From NCBI GenBank assembly GCA_017695015.1, contig JADIMD010000023.1:8670-72669 (forward strand): a stretch of DNA of 64,000 nt, in the 5' to 3' direction. Below, in pieces: positions 1 through 9,059 of the stretch. A program made the translations under genes and the position numbers. How positions within the stretch are numbered: position 1 is the first letter of the stretch; each line of letters opens with the position of its first letter. Origin of the DNA: Candidatus Cryptobacteroides faecigallinarum (GTDB lineage: Bacteria > Bacteroidota > Bacteroidia > Bacteroidales > UBA932). The notes under the pieces are model-generated. The model made no database searches. It saw only the letters and a program-made list of their open reading frames with translations, and had not been told where the DNA came from.

Positions 1-2
1 AA

Positions 3-842
3 AGTATAATCAAGAGAAATAAATCTCAGGCTGATAGAAAATATTTATTGCCTTCTTTTGCTTTGAAAGTGATATATGAGCAGTATAATGCGGGAGATTA
101 TGATTCGGTAATAGAAATAGCAGATACGATAATAAAATACAAAGAGAATACCTATGACAGCGTTTTAAGGGCTATACGGTACTGGCTGTGCCTGTCTTTA
201 TGCAGGAAGTCCAATAAAAGATTGTTTGATGAAGTGGAATACTTCAATCGGAAAGAATTTTATACCTATAATTTTATTTTAGGCTTTTACTATAGAAACT
301 TGGGGAATTTTGCCAAAGCCGAAACTTTCTATGAAAAAGCATTATCAAATAGCAATAATGCTAAAGCCTCATTTCTGACAAAAGCCGAACATGAATTGTC
401 TATTGCAAGGATGAAATTAGGCAATTATGACGGGGCCTTGGAAATAGCGCAAAAAAGTTATGAAAAGTTTCCGATGAACACATTTAATATTGATGCTTAT
501 CATAGATGTTATGTTCGCTCGCATCATCCGGATCTTGCTGTTCTGGATAAATTATATGAGGATATGGCGTCTTCATACATCCCATATAAAAAGACAATTT
601 TAGGTATATTTAGGTCTGAACGGGCTTTTTATGTTGATAATAATATTGAGAAGGCATTAAAGATACTGGAAGATTTGATAGATGAAACTTCAGGTAAAGA
701 GCAAAAGTTTGCACTGAGTTCTTTAAAAGAAATGTGTAGAAGCAGAGATATGCTGTCTATTTACAATTCTGTCTTAAAACGCAATCAATTAAAAGAAGAG
801 AAAGACGAAATCGAATTGTTAGAGGATGACTATTCTTCGTAG
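3..842 (+). CDS. TPR-repeat protein, C-terminal part (5'-truncated by window edge)
   Basis: Frame open from position 3 (SIIKRNKSQADRKYLLPSF...) to TAG 840-842; TPR-like helices (LGFYYRNLGNFAKAETFYEKAL, LGNYDGALEIAQKSYEKFP); much more AT-rich than the rest of the window. Confidence 0.75.
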   Translation, partial: SIIKRNKSQADRKYLLPSFALKVIYEQYNAGDYDSVIEIADTIIKYKENTYDSVLRAIRYWLCLSLCRKSNKRLFDEVEYFNRKEFYTYNFILGFYYRNLGNFAKAETFYEKALSNSNNAKASFLTKAEHELSIARMKLGNYDGALEIAQKSYEKFPMNTFNIDAYHRCYVRSHHPDLAVLDKLYEDMASSYIPYKKTILGIFRSERAFYVDNNIEKALKILEDLIDETSGKEQKFALSSLKEMCRSRDMLSIYNSVLKRNQLKEEKDEIELLEDDYSS

Positions 843-1010
843 GAATTTAATCAATTTTCCAAGCATAATTTAATTGACCTGAAATTTAATGTATACATAT
901 ATTACGACCTTGCCGGCGAGGGATGATTAACCATTATTCACATTATTAAAATTATGAATAAGAGAACAAGAAGAAACGACAAGGTTTTTCAGAACTGGCA
1001 AGCGTCCAGC

Positions 1011-1399
1011 TATCATTCCGAGTGTCCTTATTGTCATCATGAGCGGAGGTCATAGCCTGGAGTCGAGAATCTGTGGGTAAATACGACAGATCCCTCGGCT
1101 CCGTTCAGGATGACAGGACTCCATCTTTTCTACCTCTACCATCCATTCCTTTCCTGACAAGTGCGCAGACAACCCCTATCCTACGCTCTGGGGGCATTTC
1201 GTCAGCACACATCTCGGTTTTCCCCCGACATCTGCGCAGACAACCCTTGATATATGTTATGAGTGGCATTTCCTGTGCGCACATGTCGGGGCTCTGGCCC
1301 CAGATCCTTCACTCCGCCTGCGGCTTCGTTCAGGATGACAGAACATCATTTTGCCATTCTGAGTGTCCTCCCTGTCATCCTGAGCGAAGCGAAGGATCT
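1011..1399. repeat. Cluster of REP-like palindromic repeats plus two ~66 bp hairpin units
   Basis: TGTCATCCTGAGCGAAGCGAAGGATCT-type copies at 1032-1072(+), 1088-1115(-), 1302-1340(-), 1373-1399(+); hairpin units at 1153-1217 and 1222-1291. Confidence 0.85.
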
Positions 1400-1453
1400 G
1401 TAAAACAAAACATAAAATAACAAACAATACAAACCAATAAAACCCAATACATT

Positions 1454-3131
1454 ATGAAAACAACACTAAAATCAATCATCGCAGCGTTCGGCGCGACAGC
1501 CCTGCTTTTCGCCGATGCTCCACCTTCGATGACACCGAGATCAACTCCAGGGTGGACGATCTTGAAAACCGTGTGACAGAACTCGAAACCCTCGTCAAAC
1601 AGTTCAATGCCAACATCCAGGATCTTCAGACAATAGTCGAGGCTCTCGAAGACTCCGATGTCATCACTTCAGTAGAGCCTACTACAGATGGAGACGGCGG
1701 TTTCATCGTGACTTTCCAGAATCACGGGGCCATTACCGTGACGAATGGACACAGCGCAGCAATCAGTGTCAAGCAGGACTCCGATGGCATTTACTACTGG
1801 ACCATCGATGGTGAATACCTTCTTGTCGAGGGTGCGAAAGTCCCTGCTACTGCAGAATACGGCGCCCCTCAGATGCGCATAAACAGCGAAACTAAGGAAT
1901 TCGAATTCTCTACTGACAACTGTGTCACCTGGACTCCTTGCGGAGATGTGGCTACATCCGGCATCGGCACCATAAAGGATGTGGTGAAAGGCGAGGACAG
2001 CGTGGATTTCACCCTTTATGACGATTCTGTCATCTCCATTCCGATGGTGCAGTCGTTTGCTCTTGACATCGCTATTACAGATTACGGAGTTGCAGCCAAC
2101 GGTTCGGTCCGTGTCGATTATGCTGTCATCGAAGGTGACGAAAATACGGTAGTGAAGGTTGTCCCTGAAGGCGGTTTCACTGCAGAAGTCAACGGTGACC
2201 ATGAGAGCGGGTATATAGAACTTGCCGCACCAGCAGAAGTCCCGGCTGCCACGACCATCCTTGTGGTGGCAGTAAATGGCAAGGGAGAGATGACAGGCAA
2301 ACTCCTGAACATCGAAAAAGGCATCCTTACCCTTGTGAAGAATTCCGCTGTTGTAGGCAAGGACGGCGGTGAGTTCTCTATCAACATCAGTACTAACTTC
2401 AACAAAGAACTCGGTGACTACATGGTACAGTTCGGCAGCCCTGCAGACATGACATGGATACATGAAGTTCCGGCCACCAAGGCTACCCATATAGATGAAA
2501 TCAAATATACCGTAGATCCTCTATCTGATGGCACCGAATCCCGCACAAGCACGATCAGTATTATCGGTCAGGGCGAGCGCTTGGAGTTTACTCTGACGCA
2601 GGTCAATGAAGTGATAGTAAGCGGAGGAGCAGCCGATTTTGGAACATATACAGGTTCTGGAGCGGTTACAAGAAGATTAGCAGAGGGGGGTAACAGAGTC
2701 AGGATGGACGATGACAAATGTACTTATGCCATCGTCAACGAATTGGGTAGAACAGATTCCCTGAAGGTGAGAAAAGACCGGCTTTAATGGGTACTACAGG
2801 TGTTATTTCATCTCCTGTTTTGAATGGTGGTTGCGGAATCTTATCTGTGAAATACGGTATTGTGAAGAACTATGCAAATTTCTGTAAGAACGGAGTTTCT
2901 TTCAAGGTTGATGTAAAGAATGCAGATGGCTCTCAAGTTCTTGCGACTCAGACAGTGACAGAATCTGCAGTAACAGCAGCGACACTATATTCCAAGGATT
3001 TGACATTCAACCAGTCTGGAGATTTCAGCATAGAACTGACAAATCTAAAACCGAGTGGAGGCACTTCAGCGACAGTTATGACAGACGCTGTTATTATCCT
3101 TGATGTTTCCTGGACAGGCTACTCAGAGTAA
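1454..3131 (+). pseudogene. Frameshifted surface lipoprotein (coiled-coil DUF4988/PL29-N-like N-terminus, BACON-like domain, variable C-terminal domain)
   Basis: ATG 1454 MKTTLKSIIAAFGATALLFA joins CSTFDDTEINSRVDDLENRV only if one base is added near 1514; further +1 shifts at G6 (2685-2690) and C3 (2759-2761) join ORFs 1552-2787 and 2787-3131; DGIYYWTIDGEYL and APQMRIN motifs. Confidence 0.7.
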
Positions 3132-3183
3132 TAGAACAAGTTCCCTATGTAATAAATTACTGATTACTGAAATACACCAAAAC

Positions 3184-3222
3184 AACATACAGGAGCCGGA
3201 CTCCGACTTCTGTATGTTTTTT
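3184..3222. terminator. Intrinsic terminator, probably bidirectional
   Basis: aacatacaggag-ccggactccga-cttctgtatgtt stem followed by T-run, A-rich on the left, between convergent genes. Confidence 0.7.
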
Positions 3223-3240
3223 CATAATCATAACTCTCCC

Positions 3241-4188
3241 TCACAGAGATTTCACCTCCTCACACGACAGTCCAGTGACTTTGGCAATAGTATTAGTGTC
3301 AATACCTTCTTCGATCATAGCCTTAGCTATCAGGACCTTCCCTTCCGCGAGACCTTCGGCCTTGCCTTCTGACCGGCCTTTTGCCTCACCTTCAGCAAGA
3401 CCTTCGGCGAACCCCTCCGCCCGGCCGTCCTCGGCGGCGGTGTCAATGATGTTCTGGTAATCCCGTTCGGTAATCATATCCTTCTCGTATATAAGTTTCG
3501 TGTCCCTGTCGAACTTCGCGATCTCGCATGCCCTGAAGAGTCTCTCGAAGACATCGGTCCTGAGCTCCTCTGGCAGCGAGTCCAGCGTCCCGACCCGTTT
3601 CAGAGCGTAGCACCACTGCTCTACGAATGTCCTGCAGTCGCCCAGCTCTTTCCTGAATCTGTTCAACTCCACGAATATACAAAAAATAGTGTCATCCGGG
3701 ACATCGTGTGAGATTTTTTCTCTGAAAGTGTATTCGGAGATGAACCTGTCGTCCCAGGAAGGGTCATTCCTGTCGAACCTGTCGGCACCATCCCCGAGGA
3801 GGCAGATGAAGAAGACGGGAGGAATGTCGTACCTGTGCCCGTCGCCTCGTGCTGAGCCGGAGTCGTATACCTTTGCGGCATACTCGACGCACCGCCTGAA
3901 GAAGTGGGACTGCCTGTAGCACTGGACCTCTACGATGAACACGGCGCCATCATCGCCAGTACACCTGAGGTCGAGCCTGACCGCCTTCGAGCCGAGGGAG
4001 AACCCGGGGATCTCGGTTGAGGAGTATGAGAGGTCCCTGACTTTCCTGTTCTCCGGGAGGATGAAGTTCAGTAGGTCGATGAGGACATCCTTGTTCCTCT
4101 GGTCGCCGAAGACGGCCTTGAAGCCTGCATCTGAAAGGATGTCTACATACCTCTGGACGGACATCCTGCCTGTAAATGAATCAACCAT
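3241..4188 (-). CDS. Rpn family recombination-promoting nuclease / PD-(D/E)XK putative transposase
   Basis: DILSDAGFKAVFG, RLDLRC...FIVEVQ nuclease motif, C-terminal (A)EG repeats and IAKVTGLS HTH; start 4188 or 4164. Confidence 0.9.
   Translation of the reverse strand: MVDSFTGRMSVQRYVDILSDAGFKAVFGDQRNKDVLIDLLNFILPENRKVRDLSYSSTEIPGFSLGSKAVRLDLRCTGDDGAVFIVEVQCYRQSHFFRRCVEYAAKVYDSGSARGDGHRYDIPPVFFICLLGDGADRFDRNDPSWDDRFISEYTFREKISHDVPDDTIFCIFVELNRFRKELGDCRTFVEQWCYALKRVGTLDSLPEELRTDVFERLFRACEIAKFDRDTKLIYEKDMITERDYQNIIDTAAEDGRAEGFAEGLAEGEAKGRSEGKAEGLAEGKVLIAKAMIEEGIDTNTIAKVTGLSCEEVKSL
3339..3428 (-). repeat. 12 bp-period coding repeat (AEGx) in Rpn tail
   Basis: GRAEGFAEGLAEGEAKGRSEGKAEGLAEGK. 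Confidence 0.8.
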
Positions 4189-4390
4189 AGCTAAAAATTT
4201 TTCCGCTAAAGTATGATACGAATGGAGTCGAGTCAATCCCCCTGGTGCAGGCTTTTCTGAATCTTCACAAAAGTTTTTCTCTTTTTTGATGTTTTCGCTT
4301 TTTTTTGATGTGTCTTTTTGGTATTTCGAATCTTCCTGATATTATGATCGACTTCCTTTTATCCTTAATGTTCTTCTGAATATCCCTTCC

Positions 4391-4612
4391 TGTCATTCTG
4401 AGCGTAAGCGAAGAATCTGGAGGACACATTTCATGTACATAGTTGTATCTCAGATCCTTCACTCCGTTCAAGATGACAGAAGGAGCGGCTCTGTTCGGGA
4501 GGACGGAACTCCATCTTTTCTACCTCCACATCTCTTCTTTCCTGACATGTGCGCAGACAAACCTTCATTCACGCTCTGAGAGGCATTTCCCGTGCGCACA
4601 TGTCAGAGGAAA
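4391..4612. repeat. Second cluster: inverted REP-like pair plus one hairpin unit
   Basis: tgtcattctgagcgtaagcgaagaatct 4391-4418, agatccttcactccgttcaagatgaca 4452-4478, perfect 14 bp inverted repeat ctgacatgtgcgca 4542-4555 / 4593-4606. Confidence 0.85.
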
Positions 4613-4627
4613 TGCCTTCGTGGGGAG

Positions 4628-5350
4628 CTATAGTCTGTCAATAGTTTCCTGGAGCAGGGTAGCAAACTTTCCTATGTGATAACCGTCCACAAGCCTGTGG
4701 TTCACATCCACTGTCATGTTTATCCATAACCGCTTTCCCTGCCTGACTGGATGTTCCTGACCTTGAAGCCCCAACCAGTCTTTCAGTTTCGGGATGTAGT
4801 TGTCGCCCCTGTCCATCCTCGTATATCTTCCCCATGACACTCTCGGCACTGAATCGGTGGCGTCCAATGTCCTTTCACTGCACATCCCGGTAGTGTCAAG
4901 CCATGGGAGACATGAAAGGAAATAGCATTCTTCCTCGGGAACATCAGAATCGCCCCCGATAAACTGTCTTTCGTCAGGACTTGCCTTACACATATTATCC
5001 CACAGGTCTGAAGCATGTCTGCAGAATTCTTCGATGGAGCCGTCAAGCCTGCAGGTCAGTATCTGGAATTCTGAACTGCCTGGCTGCAGTACGGTAAAGC
5101 TCGGATGACATTTGTCCAGCAGATATACCCCGTCTTCCCTGATCCTGTATCTGAAATTCTCGATATCATTCATCGTGACCGACACGAGGTAGCAGATAGT
5201 ATGGTAGAATGACACACCATGCAATTTGGCATAGCTGTATGCTTGGGTTACATCAATATAGAAGCTGACATGGTAGAAAGGAAAATTCATTTTGCTGAAA
5301 TGTTCCCATTGCGGCCTTCTGCTCCATGTTGCGATATCAATCTTTCTCAT
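4628..5350 (-). CDS. CatA-like O-acetyltransferase (chloramphenicol acetyltransferase family)
   Basis: IDIATWSRR N-terminus, SCLPWL, PRVSWGRY and catalytic-type VNHRLVDGYH motif. Confidence 0.85.
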   Translation of the reverse strand: MRKIDIATWSRRPQWEHFSKMNFPFYHVSFYIDVTQAYSYAKLHGVSFYHTICYLVSVTMNDIENFRYRIREDGVYLLDKCHPSFTVLQPGSSEFQILTCRLDGSIEEFCRHASDLWDNMCKASPDERQFIGGDSDVPEEECYFLSCLPWLDTTGMCSERTLDATDSVPRVSWGRYTRMDRGDNYIPKLKDWLGLQGQEHPVRQGKRLWINMTVDVNHRLVDGYHIGKFATLLQETIDRL

Positions 5351-5412
5351 AAGTTGTCTTTTTATAGCATTGCGCCATCTTCTGCCTGTTGACGGGCGGC
5401 ACTTTACCCATA

Positions 5413-5420
5413 CAAAAATA
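5413..5420 (-). promoter_or_regulatory. Bacteroidetes -7 promoter element for the CAT-like gene
   Basis: TATTTTTG on minus strand, 62 bp upstream of the start. Confidence 0.5.
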
Positions 5421-5555
5421 GTAATGTTTTGGCTATTATCATCATCCCCGCCCTCGTCTCATTGTTTTTGAGGGAATTGTCCAGTCTGTTTAATTATAAT
5501 GCGCTGAAAATAAATATTTTATGGCACATCATGAAAACCGGCCACATGGCATGGA

Positions 5556-6746
5556 TCATTCCAGCACAGCGAAGTGCCCCGGGAGGAATCCCGTCTGGAA
5601 TGAGCTGACAAAGTTGAGGTTCGCGTCGAGAAACAGGATATAGCCCGGCTCGGTGTAGCTTGCGGCATCGGTGATTGCTATCGTTTTTTCGTCAGGAGAC
5701 ACCCAGATGCCGTACGGATTGGAGATGGACTCCGCGCCTGTCCTGGAGAGTTCGGTACGGGTCATCGTGAGTGCCTGGCAGTCAATGGTATAGAGACAAT
5801 ATTTTCCAGCCCCAGCCGTGTAGTCCCATTCATTCTCGTTGCCAAGCACCCACAGGTGGCTTCCAGTGGAATACATTGAGGAGACCCTGATGTCATTTAT
5901 CCATTCCGGCAATATGTTAGCCCCAGACTCAGACTTGAAACTAACCCCTGCCCCAGATTGGAGGACAGCCCCAGGCTCAGACTTGAGGACGGTCCCTGAC
6001 GCGATGTCGTATACATAAATCCCCGAATGTACGGAATAGTAGTCGCCTGGAGAGCTGATCCACAATCTTCCGTAAGCATCAGGGGCGATGTCGCAAATGT
6101 TTGCAGCTATTTCCACGGTCCTTTCCAGAGAGAAGCTCTCCTCGTCGATTATGCTCAGTCTGTTATCGTACCCGTCAGTCATCCCGCCGGAATTGGCCAC
6201 ATAGATTTTCCCGTCCAATGCCGCAATGTCTTCCGGCTGATAACCGACTTCAACAGTCCCGGCTATGGAAAGGCTGTTTATGTCGATCCTGTATACCATT
6301 CCCGTCCTGTCCCCGTCATCCGAAACATTTCCGGCCCACGAAGTGACATAGGCATACCGTCCGCTGAAAGTGATGTTCCGGCATGCAGGCACATCGATAT
6401 CCATGATATGCTCAATCGTCAAAGCATCCATTACCTCGACAAGATTCGACCCGTTCATCACCGCCCACAGTTTCCCTCCATAGACGGCAAGGTCGTTGCC
6501 CGTGTCCCCGAGACCGAACGGTACATCCGGATTGGCGGCAGGAAATGCATCAGTCACATATGTCCCGTCAGCGAAATCATAGAAATCGATGGACGAATTG
6601 CCCATGCCCATAACCCCCTCGTTCAGAATATACAACCTGCCGAGCTCCCCGGGTTCAGGCAAGACACCTACAGGAGGTTTTGAATTCATGCAACTGCCCG
6701 TCAGAATTACGACAGCGGTAAGGACGAATGACGAAAATCTATTCAT
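5556..6746 (-). CDS. BtuG-like (YncE/DUF5074) beta-propeller surface lipoprotein
   Basis: Lipobox VILTGSC; LYILNEG..G.GNSSIDFYD, LGDTGND, VANSGG motifs; directly downstream of a TonB receptor. Confidence 0.75.
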   Translation of the reverse strand: MNRFSSFVLTAVVILTGSCMNSKPPVGVLPEPGELGRLYILNEGVMGMGNSSIDFYDFADGTYVTDAFPAANPDVPFGLGDTGNDLAVYGGKLWAVMNGSNLVEVMDALTIEHIMDIDVPACRNITFSGRYAYVTSWAGNVSDDGDRTGMVYRIDINSLSIAGTVEVGYQPEDIAALDGKIYVANSGGMTDGYDNRLSIIDEESFSLERTVEIAANICDIAPDAYGRLWISSPGDYYSVHSGIYVYDIASGTVLKSEPGAVLQSGAGVSFKSESGANILPEWINDIRVSSMYSTGSHLWVLGNENEWDYTAGAGKYCLYTIDCQALTMTRTELSRTGAESISNPYGIWVSPDEKTIAITDAASYTEPGYILFLDANLNFVSSFQTGFLPGHFAVLE

Positions 6747-6759
6747 TGTATAAAAATGG

Positions 6760-8955
6760 TTAAAAAACATAATCAATGGAAATGAAGAAATTGCACCGCG
6801 GCATTGGATAATTCGGGACAATTTCATACTGGCGGTTGAGGATATTGTTGACTGCCAGCCGGAATGTCAGACCGCAGGCGATGGATTTGGACAGGCATAT
6901 GTCATGTGTCGACCATGGCTGCATCCATGTGGACGGCAGATTCGCTGATGACGAGTACCGTTCTCCCGTGAAAACGAAAGAATATTCAGCCCTCCAGCCG
7001 TACCAGGACACGAAAGCTGACAGGGAGCCGCTGTGCCGTGGAATGTAAGGTATCTGCCCCGGATATGATGCGGAGCTGGGTCTGGAAACATCCGCCGCTC
7101 TCTGGAAGGTGTATCTGACAGTCATCCCTGCCCTGAAACAGGCATCTCTGATATTCTGGGTCCCGTAAATGCCTGGTTTTCCGCCTTTCCCGGACCCATT
7201 TCCCCTGTTGTCCCCGTCTGTCTTGCCTGTGGATGAAGTCCTTTCGGGGCGTGACACTCCTGCAGGGTCGGACATGTATTCCCAGCTGAATACCCCTTCC
7301 GCCCCAGCAATCCTTGTCCGTCCTATGTTGTACATTGTCCATCGGAACTGGCTCGATGTCGGCACTGCAATTATTTTATCCCGTACATCGTTGTAATACC
7401 CTTCAGCCTTGGCGGACAGGGACCAGCCTGGGGCAGGAGAGACATCGTAGCCGATCCGCAGGTCATACTGCATGGCATCTTCAGGGGAAAGGGACACATT
7501 CCCGTAGTTGACATAGTACAGGTCGTTGAAAGTAGGCATTCTGAATGTCCTCTTGACGAATCCCTCTGCCGTCAGCCCGATTTGCGCGAAAGGTACATAT
7601 CTGAATGACAGATAAGGCGATATCATATTCCTAAGATGCTGCTCCTCATCTGTCCGGCTCCACTCGTTCCTCATCTGTCCATCGCCACTCGTCCCTCCGT
7701 CATTCATTCCGTATGTGTCATAAGCAAGCATATATGTCGCCCCTGCCGCCGCTGTCAGTTTCCTGAACCCGAATGCGAAGCATGCCGAACCCCAGAACAT
7801 TGTTCTGCGCGGATAGGCAAAGTCCCTCTTGTCCGAATCCAATGCATTGAACTGTACATCGGTAGCTAAGGAAAGCCTCCACCACGGGAACAGGCGTACG
7901 AGATGTGACAGCGACATGTAGACTTCGTGCTGCAGGTACGAATCATCCACAGGCATTGCAGACGGGTCCTGGCCGATGTCGTTGTGGTATCTCAGCCTGT
8001 CGTTGGCGTATTTCCAGAGCAGGCCGAAAGAATATCTGTCGCATACCCGTTTCTGCAGTCTGCCTTGAACGAACAGATTGCGGTCCACCTGCCTGTCGCT
8101 CACTGCCGACAGCGATTCCGGACGGCGGACTACAGCCCCGGGAAGTCCGCGCTCCGAGCCGTAGCAATATGCCTTTGCACTCCATTCCCCTCCTTCCATT
8201 TTCCCGAAAAAATTTATTTCCGCCCTGAGAGAGCGTATGTCGCCGTTGCTCCGGACCATGACAGTGTCATAGCCGACTGTGCCGCCGTCTGGAGTGAACC
8301 CCTCTTTCCTGCATCTGAACCTGTATCTGCCTGAAGAATAAAGATATTCTATGCTCGCTGAAGCGCTGACCTTCTTCCCGATTTTCTGTTCCCACCTGAA
8401 ATACGGGCTGATAGTGGAGAACGATCCTCCCCTGAGTCTCACTCTCCCATGGAATGACTTCCCGTCCGAGAAGTCGGGACGCCTGGACACGAGGCAGACC
8501 GAAGCCCCTGAAGCCAACTCCTTGGCGCTGCGGAAAGAACTCCCATCATGTCCGGTGGCAATCAGTATGGCTTCGAGATCATCTGTGGAGAAACGCCCGA
8601 GATCCACCTGGGCATTCTGGGCATTGCCTATCTGGACTCCGTCCATGAACACTCCGGTGTGCTCGCTCCCGAGCCCCCTTACATTGACTGTCTTCAGACC
8701 TCCGATTCCTCCGTAGTCCTTCAGTTGGATTCCTCCGTAAAGCCTTATCGCATCCGCCACATTAGCTGACGCCCTGATCCGCCCCTCAGGGATGCTGTCG
8801 GACAGGGAACGCGCCCTGAAACCTGTGACTTCCGCTCCGGCAAGGCTGTCCACGGCAGGATATGCGTCCCTGGTCTCCACAAGTGGGAATTCCCGGGCGT
8901 GAAGACAAAGGGGAAACAGCACGGCTGCCAAAAGTGTCAGAACGCTCTTTTGCAT
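6760..8955 (-). CDS. TonB-dependent receptor, BtuB-like
   Basis: Signal peptide, plug motif LKDYGGIGGLKTVNVRGLG, RMPTFNDLYY, C-terminal NNILNRQY...YPMP...F. Confidence 0.85.
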   Translation of the reverse strand: MQKSVLTLLAAVLFPLCLHAREFPLVETRDAYPAVDSLAGAEVTGFRARSLSDSIPEGRIRASANVADAIRLYGGIQLKDYGGIGGLKTVNVRGLGSEHTGVFMDGVQIGNAQNAQVDLGRFSTDDLEAILIATGHDGSSFRSAKELASGASVCLVSRRPDFSDGKSFHGRVRLRGGSFSTISPYFRWEQKIGKKVSASASIEYLYSSGRYRFRCRKEGFTPDGGTVGYDTVMVRSNGDIRSLRAEINFFGKMEGGEWSAKAYCYGSERGLPGAVVRRPESLSAVSDRQVDRNLFVQGRLQKRVCDRYSFGLLWKYANDRLRYHNDIGQDPSAMPVDDSYLQHEVYMSLSHLVRLFPWWRLSLATDVQFNALDSDKRDFAYPRRTMFWGSACFAFGFRKLTAAAGATYMLAYDTYGMNDGGTSGDGQMRNEWSRTDEEQHLRNMISPYLSFRYVPFAQIGLTAEGFVKRTFRMPTFNDLYYVNYGNVSLSPEDAMQYDLRIGYDVSPAPGWSLSAKAEGYYNDVRDKIIAVPTSSQFRWTMYNIGRTRIAGAEGVFSWEYMSDPAGVSRPERTSSTGKTDGDNRGNGSGKGGKPGIYGTQNIRDACFRAGMTVRYTFQRAADVSRPSSASYPGQIPYIPRHSGSLSAFVSWYGWRAEYSFVFTGERYSSSANLPSTWMQPWSTHDICLSKSIACGLTFRLAVNNILNRQYEIVPNYPMPRCNFFISIDYVF

Positions 8956-8962
8956 AGGGTCG

Positions 8963-8970
8963 CAAAGGTA
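8963..8970 (-). promoter_or_regulatory. -7 promoter element for the TonB receptor
   Basis: TACCTTTG on minus strand, 7 bp from ATG 8955. Confidence 0.55.
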
Positions 8971-9027
8971 TGATAAAATTTCAAGGTTTTGCGTCAAAAA
9001 TTACTAACTGCAGGAGCATAATGTTTA

Positions 9028-9035
9028 TAATTTTG
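9028..9035 (+). promoter_or_regulatory. -7 promoter element for the pectin enzyme operon
   Basis: TAATTTTG(CA) 24 bp upstream of the GH28 start. Confidence 0.55.
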
Positions 9036-9059
9036 CACCGTGAATAACCATATGTCGCT

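Noticed and set aside
954-1055. 33 aa ORF with CPYC motif
   Set aside because: The Cys motif and stop come from the repeat; at most a truncated gene start
1011-1399. Repeat cluster as a CRISPR array
   Set aside because: Mixed orientations, irregular spacing, two repeat types, no cas genes
1073-1420. 115 aa ORF
   Set aside because: Built entirely from repeat DNA; same for ORF 4443-4679
4628-5350. Calling this a chloramphenicol resistance gene
   Set aside because: Family motif present but sequence is divergent; substrate cannot be inferred
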